Source: a virus (taxonomy: Duplodnaviria > Caudoviricetes). Taken from it: DNA of 41,723 bases. Positions 16,746-26,677 of the stretch are shown one piece after another. Both the position numbers and the translations under genes were made by a program. Position 1 is the stretch's first letter; every line of letters begins with the position of its first letter. The stretch covers positions 1 through 41,723 of the IMG/VR virus record IMGVR_UViG_3300037307_000160; one strand, given 5' to 3'. The notes beneath the pieces were generated by a model. That model did not search any database. It saw only the letters and a list, made by a program, of their open reading frames with translations, and was not told the DNA's origin.

Positions 16746-18614
16746 TCAATCTTCCTCTGCTGATAAGTCTTCGTACTTAAAGGTTACGCCAGTTACTTTG
16801 AGTCTAGTATTACTACTGCTGGTGTAGTTAAAGCCAATTTCTACTTCTTTAGCCCGATTAAAGATGGGGAGTTTCACTTCAGTTGCCCCAGAACCAGCAC
16901 CCGTCCCGCCTACGATTGAGCCAATCACCCAAGAACCACGATTGAGTTTGTATTTGGGTAAGACCGTCTGGCCTGTCGTTAAAGTTTCAAATGTCAGCCG
17001 AATATCAAATGGGAGCTTTTCTTCCTCTGGGTTGCCGTTATCAAATATCAGACTCTCCCATAAACCAGAACTGGTGTAGTTAGAGTTAATGGTCAGTTTA
17101 TCCACTCCGTAGCTTGTACCTTCCCGCCAACCGATATACAGGTCTTGGCCGATAGCCTTGACCATACTTATCTTGAGGTTGGTGGCCTGGGTATTACCCG
17201 TGCTTATTCGGTAAGGGAAGTTAAAAGCGTCTATCTTTTTAGAGCTTTGAGAACCGAACTGATAGACACCAAGCTCCACTCCAGTCGTATCGTCAGTAGA
17301 AGCAGCGTAAGCAATTAGGGTTTTACCCTCATGTTCTGTCATTCCCCCAGGATATACCTGAATTATTTTACCGTCAGAAAGCTTAGGAACGCCATCAATC
17401 ACCTTATTGAAGGGTTCTGCGCCCACATAAACGTCCCCTTTATTGCCATAAACGCCAATTAAGTTGTTTCTAGTGTTGTGTAAAGCGTTGACTGAGCCGA
17501 CTGGTACTTCTGTCCAGTTGTTGTAACCAGGCGCAAGACCGTCCCAATAGAATATCCGTGAAGCTTCGGTTTCTTCCAAGCTGCTCCCTTTATTAGCTCC
17601 CGCTACGATAAACTCCTCAAAGTTGGCAATACTTCTGACTACAAAACCGCTATCAAGGGTAATGGCATTGGGGTCATAGACCGCTTCATTCCAGGTTGCT
17701 AGGTATCTTTCGTTGCCAATAATGAGCGTATCTTCAATCACCGCAATCGGATGAAAGTCCGTATCAATAAGGATTTGAAAGAAGATTAAGAACTCACAGT
17801 ATTCCAGGTCAGTAGCTACGCTCGTATCTACCGTTCCATCTGCTACCGTTGAGGTTACATGGAAATGGTATTCATTCCCCCTAATCACCCTAAGTCCTGG
17901 GGAAAACTCAAATAGGTTTCTGCCTACGATTAGGCTAGCGTTGGTAATGGTGCTAGTGCCTACCACATTATTAAACTCATCATGTACCGTTACCGTCCAG
18001 TTACCCGTGCCTTTAGCTACCGCCTTTACTTGGATAGCTCTAATGGGTTCTTTAGTGGGAGTAAAAGTCTGGCGGTTGGTGGCCGTCTCACTAATGGCTA
18101 CTGGAGTAGTGTAGGTATTCCCCGTTCCGTTAAAGCCTGCTGAAGAACCAGGGTCTTTATCAAAAGCGTCAGTGGAATACGCTATCCCTAGTGTTGTCTT
18201 TAAGAAATCATCACTAAATGTAGGGCTTCCATCTAGTTTTCCATATCGGCCAAAAGTAATTCCGCCTGCATAGTAGAGGTAGTTTTGGAATACCTTTAAG
18301 CCCTCTCCTGTTGAACCTGATACAGTTCGTATATTTGTGAATAGGTCTGATGTACTAACCGAATAGATATTGCCACCCTCATCATAAACATAGCGGGTGG
18401 TTGTCCAGGGTGAACCGTCTTCCATCCAGTGAGGAAGATTAACCACAGTCGTGCTGGAGACTTTGGCGGGTTGCTTGGAGTTGACCACGTAGGATACGTC
18501 TTCAAACGGATTTAAGCCTTTAAGAAAACGTGCCGAACCTTGTACATCACGCTTTTCTCCCAATGTCCCGATTGCGCCAGTGAAGTCGTTTAAGACCAGT
18601 GTTTTTGTCGCCAT
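16746..18614 (-). CDS. Putative tail nozzle / tubular protein (P22 gp10, T7 gp12-like position)
   Basis: About 620 aa, beta-propeller-like composition, follows the adaptor; start MATKTL at 18614. Confidence 0.6.
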   Translation of the reverse strand: MATKTLVLNDFTGAIGTLGEKRDVQGSARFLKGLNPFEDVSYVVNSKQPAKVSSTTVVNLPHWMEDGSPWTTTRYVYDEGGNIYSVSTSDLFTNIRTVSGSTGEGLKVFQNYLYYAGGITFGRYGKLDGSPTFSDDFLKTTLGIAYSTDAFDKDPGSSAGFNGTGNTYTTPVAISETATNRQTFTPTKEPIRAIQVKAVAKGTGNWTVTVHDEFNNVVGTSTITNASLIVGRNLFEFSPGLRVIRGNEYHFHVTSTVADGTVDTSVATDLEYCEFLIFFQILIDTDFHPIAVIEDTLIIGNERYLATWNEAVYDPNAITLDSGFVVRSIANFEEFIVAGANKGSSLEETEASRIFYWDGLAPGYNNWTEVPVGSVNALHNTRNNLIGVYGNKGDVYVGAEPFNKVIDGVPKLSDGKIIQVYPGGMTEHEGKTLIAYAASTDDTTGVELGVYQFGSQSSKKIDAFNFPYRISTGNTQATNLKISMVKAIGQDLYIGWREGTSYGVDKLTINSNYTSSGLWESLIFDNGNPEEEKLPFDIRLTFETLTTGQTVLPKYKLNRGSWVIGSIVGGTGAGSGATEVKLPIFNRAKEVEIGFNYTSSSNTRLKVTGVTFKYEDLSAEED

Positions 18615-18616
18615 AG

Positions 18617-19570
18617 CTATCCGCTTAACACCGTTGACCAAGCTTCGTCAAATCGGCTTATGCGTTCCCTATTCCTATAAACAATACTCGTATTAGAACG
18701 GCTAGCATAACGATTGGCTGCGCCTAGTAAGCCTCCCTCGGCATTTTGCGGATTGCGACTGTTGTTATTGAAGTCCCCTGTCCAGAAATAGTTGTTGTGA
18801 GCCTGAGCTGAAGCAAAGTCTTTGCGTGGTCCAGCGTAAAAGTCGGCAGCAGCCCCATGAGGCAAGATGTCATGGATTTCGTCAGGTATCTCTGGGCTTT
18901 CCCCGATTATGTAGGTGCTGGAAGCGTTAGAAGTCCCCTCATAATAGCTCTCTAAAATGAGCTGAGTTGAGGTAGCAAAAGTAGCAATCCGATACCAGCG
19001 GTTATCAGCTTGAGTAGCCTTGAACCATCTACCAATCATACCGTTAGTCCAGGTAGTTGCTGTCCCGTTAAGGGTTTGAGAGTTCTGAACTACGGCTACC
19101 GTCCCCGTAATGTAGTCATCTGCCGTCATTTCAATCGCTTTAAGATTACCCACAATCGTAATCGTGTTCCCAGCAGCCGTAGGCGTGGGGTAAATGCCGA
19201 AATCGTTGCGTCTGGGGAAGAAATACTGTGGGATAGTTGTCCCCGCAAAGTCAATCATATTCAATCTGTCCCATTCTTTTTGGGAATTGATGGCGGTTAA
19301 AGGGTAGTCAACGCCACCGATTGACAATGTTACCGACTCTATAGACTGTAAATCAGGCGGATTGTAGTAGTATTGACGATTAGCTACCGTAACGGCAGTT
19401 CTGGGAGTCCATTGGGTTTGATAATCCCGTAGGACGGACAAAGCAATCTGATAGCGTTTATTGAGGTGTTCCTTAATGAAGTTGGCAATCGTGCTAGCTG
19501 CGAAGTTTCCCGCTGCCAGGGAAATATAATCTTTAGTAGTGGTTTGAAGCTGACCGTATGTCTGGCGCAT
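18617..19570 (-). CDS. Putative head-tail adaptor
   Basis: Y..P.D, IYPTP and PEIPDEIHDILPHGA motifs typical of podovirus adaptors. Confidence 0.65.
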   Translation of the reverse strand: MRQTYGQLQTTTKDYISLAAGNFAASTIANFIKEHLNKRYQIALSVLRDYQTQWTPRTAVTVANRQYYYNPPDLQSIESVTLSIGGVDYPLTAINSQKEWDRLNMIDFAGTTIPQYFFPRRNDFGIYPTPTAAGNTITIVGNLKAIEMTADDYITGTVAVVQNSQTLNGTATTWTNGMIGRWFKATQADNRWYRIATFATSTQLILESYYEGTSNASSTYIIGESPEIPDEIHDILPHGAAADFYAGPRKDFASAQAHNNYFWTGDFNNNSRNPQNAEGGLLGAANRYASRSNTSIVYRNRERISRFDEAWSTVLSG

Positions 19571-19577
19571 AGATACT

Positions 19578-19627
19578 AAAAACCCGCCACAACAGCGGGT
19601 AATCCCTTATATTTAACTATTATACAT
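19578..19627 (-). promoter_or_regulatory. Conserved leader element, copy 2
   Basis: TATAAT-N10-AAGGGATTACCCGC-TGTTGTG-GCGGGT-TTTT. Confidence 0.7.
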
Positions 19628-19633
19628 CAGCCG

Positions 19634-19903
19634 TTATTTTTTCTTTTTGGCTTTTAGTTCAGTTTCCTTTTTGGGTACTTCAGGCCGAGTGTCAATACCC
19701 AAAAAAGCATTTGAGCGTGAAGCGGGAATGTCCCAAGGTTGTGTATCCAAAAAGTCTAAAATGCAAGCTAACGAAAATATACACGCTCTCATGTCTAAAC
19801 GGCCATCATGGTTCAGGCGGTCAAAATACTGGAAGAAACTTTCTTCCCGCCTGTCAGCCCCTACCGCCTTCTCAATGGACTTAGATAAATCGTTTAAGTT
19901 CAT
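19634..19903 (-). CDS. Hypothetical protein
   Basis: Coupled to the upstream gene (ATGA). Confidence 0.6.
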   Translation of the reverse strand: MNLNDLSKSIEKAVGADRREESFFQYFDRLNHDGRLDMRACIFSLACILDFLDTQPWDIPASRSNAFLGIDTRPEVPKKETELKAKKKK

Positions 19904-20472
19904 GCTGCCACCTTTGCAGTTACCTGCTGTTTCTTTTTAACTACCTCTAAATCTACTCCGCTGACTTCTTTGACCTCAAACGGGTCTACTTCTCTGGAAG
20001 CAATTACTTGGGTATCTATCTGCTCAAACAGGTCAGTATCGGTCATGCCAGGTTTAACGATTGGCAGGGTTGGTTCGCTCTCTGGTATCTTGCCATATTC
20101 TTCAGCTATGCCCTTATAGACCATAGGGATAAACTGTTTCCTTAAATCAGCGTTGTTGGTGCGCCAGTCAAAGACTTCCCGCTCCTGTGCGTCCATAGCT
20201 TTCATTCCCGCCTTAATCCGCCTCTCATTCTCCAGTGTTACCCGTTCGGTATTTCTATCTAGGATAAGCGTATCTACCGTTTCTTTGACGTATTTTTCGG
20301 CTATGTAACGGGGAAGCACCGCCTCTGATTGCGCTTTAACTAAATGCACAAACCTATTCCAGACTACTTTTCTGTCTTGCTTGGTGGGGTTGTAAACAAT
20401 GATGGTGTCCTGCGACCTACGCTCTAATTCCCGTTTAACCGCTTCTACGTCCTTGTTTTGTCCATTAGGCAT
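19900..20472 (-). CDS. Hypothetical protein, paralog of 27989-28258
   Basis: AAAGGA RBS and its own TGTTAAAAT -10; shared NP..D..V.W...AQ...P.Y.A motif. Confidence 0.7.
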   Translation of the reverse strand: MPNGQNKDVEAVKRELERRSQDTIIVYNPTKQDRKVVWNRFVHLVKAQSEAVLPRYIAEKYVKETVDTLILDRNTERVTLENERRIKAGMKAMDAQEREVFDWRTNNADLRKQFIPMVYKGIAEEYGKIPESEPTLPIVKPGMTDTDLFEQIDTQVIASREVDPFEVKEVSGVDLEVVKKKQQVTAKVAA

Positions 20473-20515
20473 AATAGCTTCCTTTCATAATAGATAGACT
20501 GATTTTAACACACCC

Positions 20516-21604
20516 TTAAAGTTCGGCTGACAGGGCAATATAGTTGGTAGTCCCATTTTGGAAAGTACCGATTGAACCCTGACCAGCAGTTAAACCGCCA
20601 GCAGTTGTGCAAGCAATAATAATTCCAGTTGCGTCACCGCTATCAATAGATGCCGAGGTCACATTTACCCTACCCACGCCAGCTTGAGAAACAGCTAAAT
20701 TGGAATAGGCTAGAGTTGTGGGTATTATTCTCATTGTAGTTGGAAAACCAATGTAGACAGCAGTTGAGTTAGTGGCAGTATGATAGCCTATCCCCCAAGG
20801 GTTAGCTGTCCCGCTAGTATTAAATACTTGATAGTGGTATCGCTGACAGTCAGCTAATTCTTGGAGATAACTTTTTGGCTCAAATGGTAACGCCTCATCC
20901 CCCGCACAAAGCTGTACTTGGGCTATATCAATGTTTCCAGAGCCGACATAGGTTTCTGCGGTGGTAGCACCAACATTAACATCAGTCGTTGTTCCCCAAA
21001 TATAAGAAATGTTTAGAGCAATATAATCGTTGTTGTCAGTTCCAAAGGTTTTTCCAACTAAAGTGTTTGTTGTAAAAGTATATGTATATTTTGTCCAAGA
21101 TGTAGTTAAAGTCCAATTTGTGCCAGTAATTGTTTCAACCGAACTTGGTGAACCAGTAGAACCATAATATTGTAGTAAATAAACTCCTATTTTTTTATTA
21201 CTTATATCTGATTTAGCCCAAAATGAAACAGTTACTTTTTTACCATTTCCACACAATATTCTAGTTCCATTTTCAATTCTTTGAACGTAATTATGAATTG
21301 AACTGACACCCAAACTTGTTCCAGCCCCATTAGTGGCTAATCTAGAATAATAAAAAGCATTTGGGATATCGCCAGATGTTAAAAGTTGTCTGCTTCTAGT
21401 TAGTGTTGGTAGAGTTCCACCATTATCATCAGCATAATCTAACCAATGGTCTGCTAAATAAGATGAAGTAATATCAACCAAAGAAGAACCAGTCGTTCCC
21501 CTTTGCCACACATCAAAATTACCGTTATTCAACGCCTGTCGTGCCATTGAGCTATTGATGGTCTGGTCTTGTAGTCTTTGCTGGTGTAATTGCGTGATTG
21601 CCAT
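20516..21604 (-). CDS. Tail fibre / receptor-binding protein with carbohydrate-binding-like domain
   Basis: NGNFDVWQRG, VSFWAKS, IAQVQL and ELADCQRY motifs common in phage fibres. Confidence 0.8.
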   Translation of the reverse strand: MAITQLHQQRLQDQTINSSMARQALNNGNFDVWQRGTTGSSLVDITSSYLADHWLDYADDNGGTLPTLTRSRQLLTSGDIPNAFYYSRLATNGAGTSLGVSSIHNYVQRIENGTRILCGNGKKVTVSFWAKSDISNKKIGVYLLQYYGSTGSPSSVETITGTNWTLTTSWTKYTYTFTTNTLVGKTFGTDNNDYIALNISYIWGTTTDVNVGATTAETYVGSGNIDIAQVQLCAGDEALPFEPKSYLQELADCQRYHYQVFNTSGTANPWGIGYHTATNSTAVYIGFPTTMRIIPTTLAYSNLAVSQAGVGRVNVTSASIDSGDATGIIIACTTAGGLTAGQGSIGTFQNGTTNYIALSAEL

Positions 21605-21617
21605 AAGTTATCTCCTA
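21598..21617. repeat. 20-bp direct repeat at fibre gene junction, copy 1
   Basis: TTGCCATAAGTTATCTCCTA, identical to 22301-22320. Confidence 0.9.
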
Positions 21618-22307
21618 AAATGGATAGGTGATGGTCAAATAAGAACAGCCCTTGTTACCAGAGTTAGTCCAGTTAAGTGCGCCAGCAGCTCTGGATAAAA
21701 TGACTGTTGAACCACCAGACACAATAAAGCAAGTCGGTGGGCTTTCCCCGTTCCCTGCCGTTACCGTCAAATATACGCCATTATCGCTTGCCCCGTGACA
21801 TCTGCCGACAATTCCCACACTTGTCCCGATATTGGCACAGGCGACTGGTAGGTTTTTGGTAAATGAGGTGGCATTTGATGTCCCGTTTGCCCCCTCATAA
21901 TAGTTAACTGTCATCCATCTGCCGTTGGTGGTGTATGACCCTAACTGTCCTGTCGGGGCTGACGAAAAGCCGTTAGTAGTGGGGGTAAAGGCAAAATCTA
22001 CGGGGAAGTCTGGCGGTTTCTGGTAGCTAAAATAGGGTAAGGTAATGGCTGCGTTAACAATCGTGTAATCAGTATTGACGATTATGTTGACTGTCGTATT
22101 GGTTGAAAAACTACTTGACGACACAACGGCATATTTTGTCCCGCTTTGGTCAAACTTGAGTAAAGTTCCCACTTTGTAAATGCTGGTGCGGTCTACTCCT
22201 GAAATGGTAAAGCTGGAAGCCGAGGCGTAAGTCCAGGTATCATTGGCGGGTATCCAGCCTTGGATAATGTTGGTATCTATTTGATTGCGTTTGACTTGGG
22301 TTGCCAT
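21615..22307 (-). CDS. Tail fibre-associated protein
   Basis: Thr/Ser/Gly-rich beta protein between fibre genes. Confidence 0.65.
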   Translation of the reverse strand: MATQVKRNQIDTNIIQGWIPANDTWTYASASSFTISGVDRTSIYKVGTLLKFDQSGTKYAVVSSSSFSTNTTVNIIVNTDYTIVNAAITLPYFSYQKPPDFPVDFAFTPTTNGFSSAPTGQLGSYTTNGRWMTVNYYEGANGTSNATSFTKNLPVACANIGTSVGIVGRCHGASDNGVYLTVTAGNGESPPTCFIVSGGSTVILSRAAGALNWTNSGNKGCSYLTITYPF

Positions 22308-22320
22308 AAGTTATCTCCTA
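22301..22320. repeat. 20-bp direct repeat at fibre gene junction, copy 2
   Basis: Identical to 21598-21617. Confidence 0.9.
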
Positions 22321-24345
22321 TGCTGCCTCGTAGGTAATGTAAAAGGTAAAGCCATCCCCCGTACCCCAAGTAAAAGGTACAGTTGAGCTAGTGGCAAACC
22401 ATTGGGCATAAGTTGAGGCTGTGCCAATAGCATACAGGTCAATTCTAGTGGTGGTGGCGTGATAAACAACGCCCGTATAGGATTGCGTAGCAGCGTCAAG
22501 TAGTCTGCAAGTGCCAACGTGTTCTGTCCCACTTGCCGTAACTGGTAGTGATATACCGATTGTACCTGTTACTGACGGGGCTGACCCCAAAAAGTAAACG
22601 CCTCTGACAAAAACAGTTTTGCCTACTTGCGACCAGGCAAATGATTGAGTTGGGGCGGTTGAGGTAATGTTGGTTAGGGTAGGTGAGTAGGCTGTCCAAG
22701 CCCCCAGATGTACGACTTGTGAATTAGTCCCGTCACCTACCTGTAAATCCTCACCTGTGCGGTCAAAGCCGATACCCCCGTCTGCGGTGGGTGAGGTGTC
22801 TGCCAATACCAGGGTGGGGGTGTTGACGGTGGGTGAGGTCAGGGTCTTGTTGGTCAGGGTTTGGGTGTCAGTCGTGCCGACAATCGTACCTGTAGGGGCG
22901 TGTTGACCGTCTAGGGTATCAGCGTTACCCGAAGCACTGACGGCTGACTGGTAAGAAACAAGTAAGACCGACCCCAAGACGGGTGCGGTATTAAAGGTGA
23001 TGGTATTGCTGTCAGTTTCCACATAATCGTAAGACCCACCTGGCTTCTGTAATTGACCGTCTAAATAGACCAGAATAGAACCCGCTACGAAGTTGGTAGA
23101 GGTGTCAAAAGCGGTGTTTGAACCGTCAATCGTGCCAGTAGGCGTTTCATTGTAAATGAACGAAGTAGACCCCGTAGCGTATGTTCCCGTTGAGGTAGCG
23201 TAGTCAGCCAACAGAATATCGCCAGTAATCGGGGCGGTGTTAAAAGTAATCGTGTCGCCTGTAATGGTATAGTCGTCAGTGACCTTGAGCCGTATGCCGT
23301 TCTGGTAAAGCTGAACTGAACCAGTAATCGGGTCAGTAGCTAGGGTAAAGGTAACATTAGAACTATCCACTGAACCTGTCGGGACTTCCCCTTTGACCAG
23401 GGCTTGTGACGAAGCGTCTTGCCAGGATACCCCAAGTGCGTCTACGCTGTCAGCCGTTAAAACCTGTCCGTCAGTTCCTACTGGTACTCTGGCTTCTGCC
23501 GTATCGTAGCCGAACAAATCACCCTTGGTGGTTACTGGCGGGGTGTACCCGCTTCCAGAACCCCACTCTAAACCAGTGGCGGTAGCTGAATTGGCTTTGA
23601 GGAATTGACCATCAGTGCCAACCCCTATCCTGGCATTATCCGTATCAAATGTGTATATGTCTCCCTTAGTGGTTAATGGCGATACTGTCCCGCCCGATAC
23701 ATCTTCCCAGGTTGCGCCATTGTAACGCCTCAAGCCTGGGTCGCCTGATGAGGTATTTGTCCCATCATCTAGGTAAACATCTCCAGAGGTCGGAGTGGCA
23801 GGTTCTACTCCCTGCATGGTTAAGTTAGCAAAAGCGTCATCAGTAAAAGTTAAAGTGTCAGTAACCGTCTTGCCCGAAAGATTTTGCGTATCAGAAGTTC
23901 CCACCACATCACCTGTTACCCCATGAACTCCGCTTGAGGGGTCGTCTACTTCTGCCCCATGCTCAAAGTTTGAGAAAGTATTATTGTCAGCGTCCATTGT
24001 TTTGCTGGTTACTGTCTGGGTATCGTCAGTAGTCAGAATATCGCCCGAAGCGTTACCGCCTACCGTTACCCCGTCAAGCTGGTTAAGCTCACTAGCCGAA
24101 GCCGTCACATCATTAGCTCCAGTTGCCAGGGTATGTTCATGGCCTGGGTCAACCGAAGCAGCGTCTTTAACCAAGTAATCAAGGGAAGTAATTACCGCTG
24201 AACCGTCTATGCCTATCTTTGCTTGGATAGCTTCTAAAGCGTCATTAGCATTGGTATGTTGTCCAGAATGGGAAGGGCTGTCAGTCTGGTCAGTAGGATT
24301 AGGATTAACCAGGGTATCTAAAGCTCCAGGGAAGTTAGTCGGCAT
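22318..24345 (-). CDS. Long tail fibre protein
   Basis: MPTNFPGALD...ALEAIQAKIG anchor; repeats TTKGD..VGTDGQ (x2), PTG..D.SN (x2), DTQ...KT (x3). Confidence 0.85.
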   Translation of the reverse strand: MPTNFPGALDTLVNPNPTDQTDSPSHSGQHTNANDALEAIQAKIGIDGSAVITSLDYLVKDAASVDPGHEHTLATGANDVTASASELNQLDGVTVGGNASGDILTTDDTQTVTSKTMDADNNTFSNFEHGAEVDDPSSGVHGVTGDVVGTSDTQNLSGKTVTDTLTFTDDAFANLTMQGVEPATPTSGDVYLDDGTNTSSGDPGLRRYNGATWEDVSGGTVSPLTTKGDIYTFDTDNARIGVGTDGQFLKANSATATGLEWGSGSGYTPPVTTKGDLFGYDTAEARVPVGTDGQVLTADSVDALGVSWQDASSQALVKGEVPTGSVDSSNVTFTLATDPITGSVQLYQNGIRLKVTDDYTITGDTITFNTAPITGDILLADYATSTGTYATGSTSFIYNETPTGTIDGSNTAFDTSTNFVAGSILVYLDGQLQKPGGSYDYVETDSNTITFNTAPVLGSVLLVSYQSAVSASGNADTLDGQHAPTGTIVGTTDTQTLTNKTLTSPTVNTPTLVLADTSPTADGGIGFDRTGEDLQVGDGTNSQVVHLGAWTAYSPTLTNITSTAPTQSFAWSQVGKTVFVRGVYFLGSAPSVTGTIGISLPVTASGTEHVGTCRLLDAATQSYTGVVYHATTTRIDLYAIGTASTYAQWFATSSTVPFTWGTGDGFTFYITYEAA

Positions 24346-24347
24346 AG

Positions 24348-24515
24348 TTATTCACTCCAATTAGTAGGCACAACCGTTGTGTATGGCGGTGTCAACACGA
24401 TTGCGTCATAGGTAATACGGCTGTCATCATAGTAAAACCTAGCGTCATCATAGTATACGGGCGGTGGAGTGTAATCTGGGTTAAAGCCCCAATCTGTTGC
24501 GTTAGGTAGTGGCAT
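24348..24515 (-). CDS. 55-aa YD-repeat virion peptide (not in ORF track)
   Basis: MPLPNATDWGFNPDYTPPPVYYDDARFYYDDSRITYDAIV...NWSE. Confidence 0.65.
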   Translation of the reverse strand: MPLPNATDWGFNPDYTPPPVYYDDARFYYDDSRITYDAIVLTPPYTTVVPTNWSE

Positions 24516-24521
24516 AGCTAC

Positions 24522-24571
24522 AAAAACCCCGCCATCAAGCGGGATAATACCTCAATGCTTTGATTTTATCA
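24522..24571 (-). promoter_or_regulatory. Conserved leader element, copy 3
   Basis: TGATAAAAT-N9-GAGGTATTATCCCGC-TTGATG-GCGGGG-TTTTT. Confidence 0.75.
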
Positions 24572-24579
24572 CAACCAGC

Positions 24580-24753
24580 TTATTCAGCCAGTTCTTTTAT
24601 GAACAAGGCAAAAGCCTTGGAAGTGGTGTTTTGGAATACCGCTACAAACTTCCAACCCAGGTTTCCCTGGTTATTTAAGGCTGTAGTCAAAGTAGTTTCG
24701 GTGACTGTGCCAGGATTAAACTGGACTACCTTGTGAATGTATTTGCTTGCCAT
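24580..24753 (-). CDS. 57-aa DUF4177-like protein (not in ORF track)
   Basis: MASKYIHKVV...ALNNQGNLGWKFVAV; AGGAG RBS. Confidence 0.65.
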   Translation of the reverse strand: MASKYIHKVVQFNPGTVTETTLTTALNNQGNLGWKFVAVFQNTTSKAFALFIKELAE

Positions 24754-24761
24754 AGTTTCTC

Positions 24762-25046
24762 CTACAAAGATGTTCCGCTAATTAAGTTAAGTTCGTATCT
24801 GCCTTGACGGTGGATTTCTTTAACGTCAGTCCAGGCAATCGGGTCAACCACCTTGGTTTTGAAATCGGTGTAGCTTAGGTCAATCAAAAAGGCGGTTTCT
24901 GCCATTAAAATCTCATCTAATTTATCGGTATCTGCCCGATAATTGTTGACGTAATTAGCCACATCTAAGGCATTTTGGGTCGTGTCCAAGCCAATCACAT
25001 TAGCGGTGTCCACATAAAGAATGGTGCGATAGTTATAGAGTGCCAT
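24762..25046 (-). CDS. Hypothetical virion-region protein
   Basis: AGGA RBS; operon packing. Confidence 0.65.
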   Translation of the reverse strand: MALYNYRTILYVDTANVIGLDTTQNALDVANYVNNYRADTDKLDEILMAETAFLIDLSYTDFKTKVVDPIAWTDVKEIHRQGRYELNLISGTSL

Positions 25047-25054
25047 AGTTAATC

Positions 25055-25678
25055 CTAATCATCATAAGACACATATTTGACGGTAACAGATATGACTGTG
25101 CCATTTGATGTCGCTTCGGCTGACAGTAATATTCGGTTATCTTCTAATAACCCTGTGCCTAACCAATGCTCTACCCGATAAGGTTGCATTAGTTGGGAAG
25201 CCTGATAACTCATTAAATCCCCGTTAGCCGATATGGTAGGGACAGAATAGATGTTTATTCCGCTAGTCACTACACTTCCCACTGTGGCATTGACTTGGGT
25301 TAAAGCTGTGCCGTTGGCGGTTACGGTTGGGTTAGAGTAAAGCCTAATTTTCACATAAGCACCCGTACTCACCGCCACCGCACTTATATCAATATGCTGT
25401 ATCTCAAACTCTTTGCCACTCGCTGACGGGTTGTGAAACAAAATAATAGGGTAGAGGGTATCTTTGCTGGTTAGGGTTGCCTGGTAAGTAACGTAAAATG
25501 CCTGTTCGTATTCTTGGTAATAGTGAATGTTTTTAGTCGCTTTTAAGATTTCCACTAATTCTGCCAATGATTGTGCGTCCAGTACCGATAATTCATTATC
25601 ATCCGTAATGTCAGCGTAATTATCGCTCTCATTGTCAAAAAGAGTTACATCTTGAGTCGGATTGGGTAAGTCAGCCAT
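25055..25678 (-). CDS. Putative virion structural protein (jelly-roll-like)
   Basis: LFHNPSASGK and NPTVTANGT motifs; beta-rich. Confidence 0.65.
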   Translation of the reverse strand: MADLPNPTQDVTLFDNESDNYADITDDNELSVLDAQSLAELVEILKATKNIHYYQEYEQAFYVTYQATLTSKDTLYPIILFHNPSASGKEFEIQHIDISAVAVSTGAYVKIRLYSNPTVTANGTALTQVNATVGSVVTSGINIYSVPTISANGDLMSYQASQLMQPYRVEHWLGTGLLEDNRILLSAEATSNGTVISVTVKYVSYDD

Positions 25679-25694
25679 ATTTCCTATTCTATCA

Positions 25695-25734
25695 TCTAAG
25701 GGAGCAGGGGGTTTCCCCCCTGCGAACCCCTAGA
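25695..25734 (-). other. GC-rich hairpin with GAAA tetraloop
   Basis: GCAGGGGG-GAAA-CCCCCTGC extended by TCTAGGGG/CCCTTAGA. Confidence 0.55.
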
Positions 25735-25759
25735 AGGAAGTTCGCTAATACGAATGATA

Positions 25760-26434
25760 TTACACTTCGTTTCCGTTAATCCAGGCGTATAGGTCTGCAT
25801 TTGCCTGGTCACGGTTGGTCATCACGACCAAAACCTTGTCACCTGCTACTACTTCAATCGGAGCAGGGAAAACTTCAGTATGCGTCCCGTTAGATGAAGT
25901 AATAAAAGCAACCGCTTTCGTTACTTCTGAAGCAGCGGGACCAACCTTGAGTTCACCTTTCACTTTACCTGAGCCTGCAATCTGCCACGATTTGAGTAAA
26001 AGCGTTGTTGCAGCCGTAACCGTATAGTCAACCACTGTCGTTGGAGTATTGGGAGCAGTTGCCGAAGTGGTATCGTATTCATGAACTTCACCAGATACGG
26101 CAGCCGTTACTATATTGACGTTGATAGACCCGTCCGTGTTGATGTCTAAGGTGTCAGTTCCGTCAGTAATCACCGTGTTGATAGACCCATCAGTATTCAC
26201 TTCTAAGTCGTCAGTTCCGTCAGTAATCTTAACTTCAGCACCAGTAGCAAACGTAACGGTAATCTCTCCGCCAGCACCAATAACCAGAGAATTAGTCCCA
26301 TCATTTAAGTTGACTTGACCAATGTTATTTGCGTCAATAGACCACTCATTAGTCCCGCCAGTATCCACAATCTTAGCTACTACATCACCCGCAGTTTCGG
26401 TTCGCACGGGTTGAGAACTTGAATAATCGGCCAT
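25760..26434 (-). CDS. Putative virion fibre/decoration protein
   Basis: Repeated TDGTD.L..NTDGSIN units. Confidence 0.7.
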   Translation of the reverse strand: MADYSSSQPVRTETAGDVVAKIVDTGGTNEWSIDANNIGQVNLNDGTNSLVIGAGGEITVTFATGAEVKITDGTDDLEVNTDGSINTVITDGTDTLDINTDGSINVNIVTAAVSGEVHEYDTTSATAPNTPTTVVDYTVTAATTLLLKSWQIAGSGKVKGELKVGPAASEVTKAVAFITSSNGTHTEVFPAPIEVVAGDKVLVVMTNRDQANADLYAWINGNEV

Positions 26435-26437
26435 AGT

Positions 26438-26677
26438 TTATTTGTATTCACCGCCTTCCTGTAAATCAGCTATCTGGGCTTGAGTTGCAGCGATAGCAGT
26501 CTCCAAAGACGTAATTGTGTCCTTGTACTTCTGCACAGCCCTTTCTGCTTTCTTAATTTCTAATTTCGCTGTCAATAATGCGTCTTGCTGTCGGCCAAGC
26601 TGTCTTTGCTGTTCCATGATTAAGATTTCACGGTCTAACTCGGTAACTTGTTCAGCGGACGGTACTTTAGATGTCAT
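26438..26677 (-). CDS. Small coiled-coil protein
   Basis: Heptad pattern. Confidence 0.6.
   Translation of the reverse strand: MTSKVPSAEQVTELDREILIMEQQRQLGRQQDALLTAKLEIKKAERAVQKYKDTITSLETAIAATQAQIADLQEGGEYK

Noticed and set aside
20516-24345. Diversity-generating retroelement targeting the fibres
   Set aside because: No reverse transcriptase and no template/variable repeat pair with adenine-specific mismatches seen
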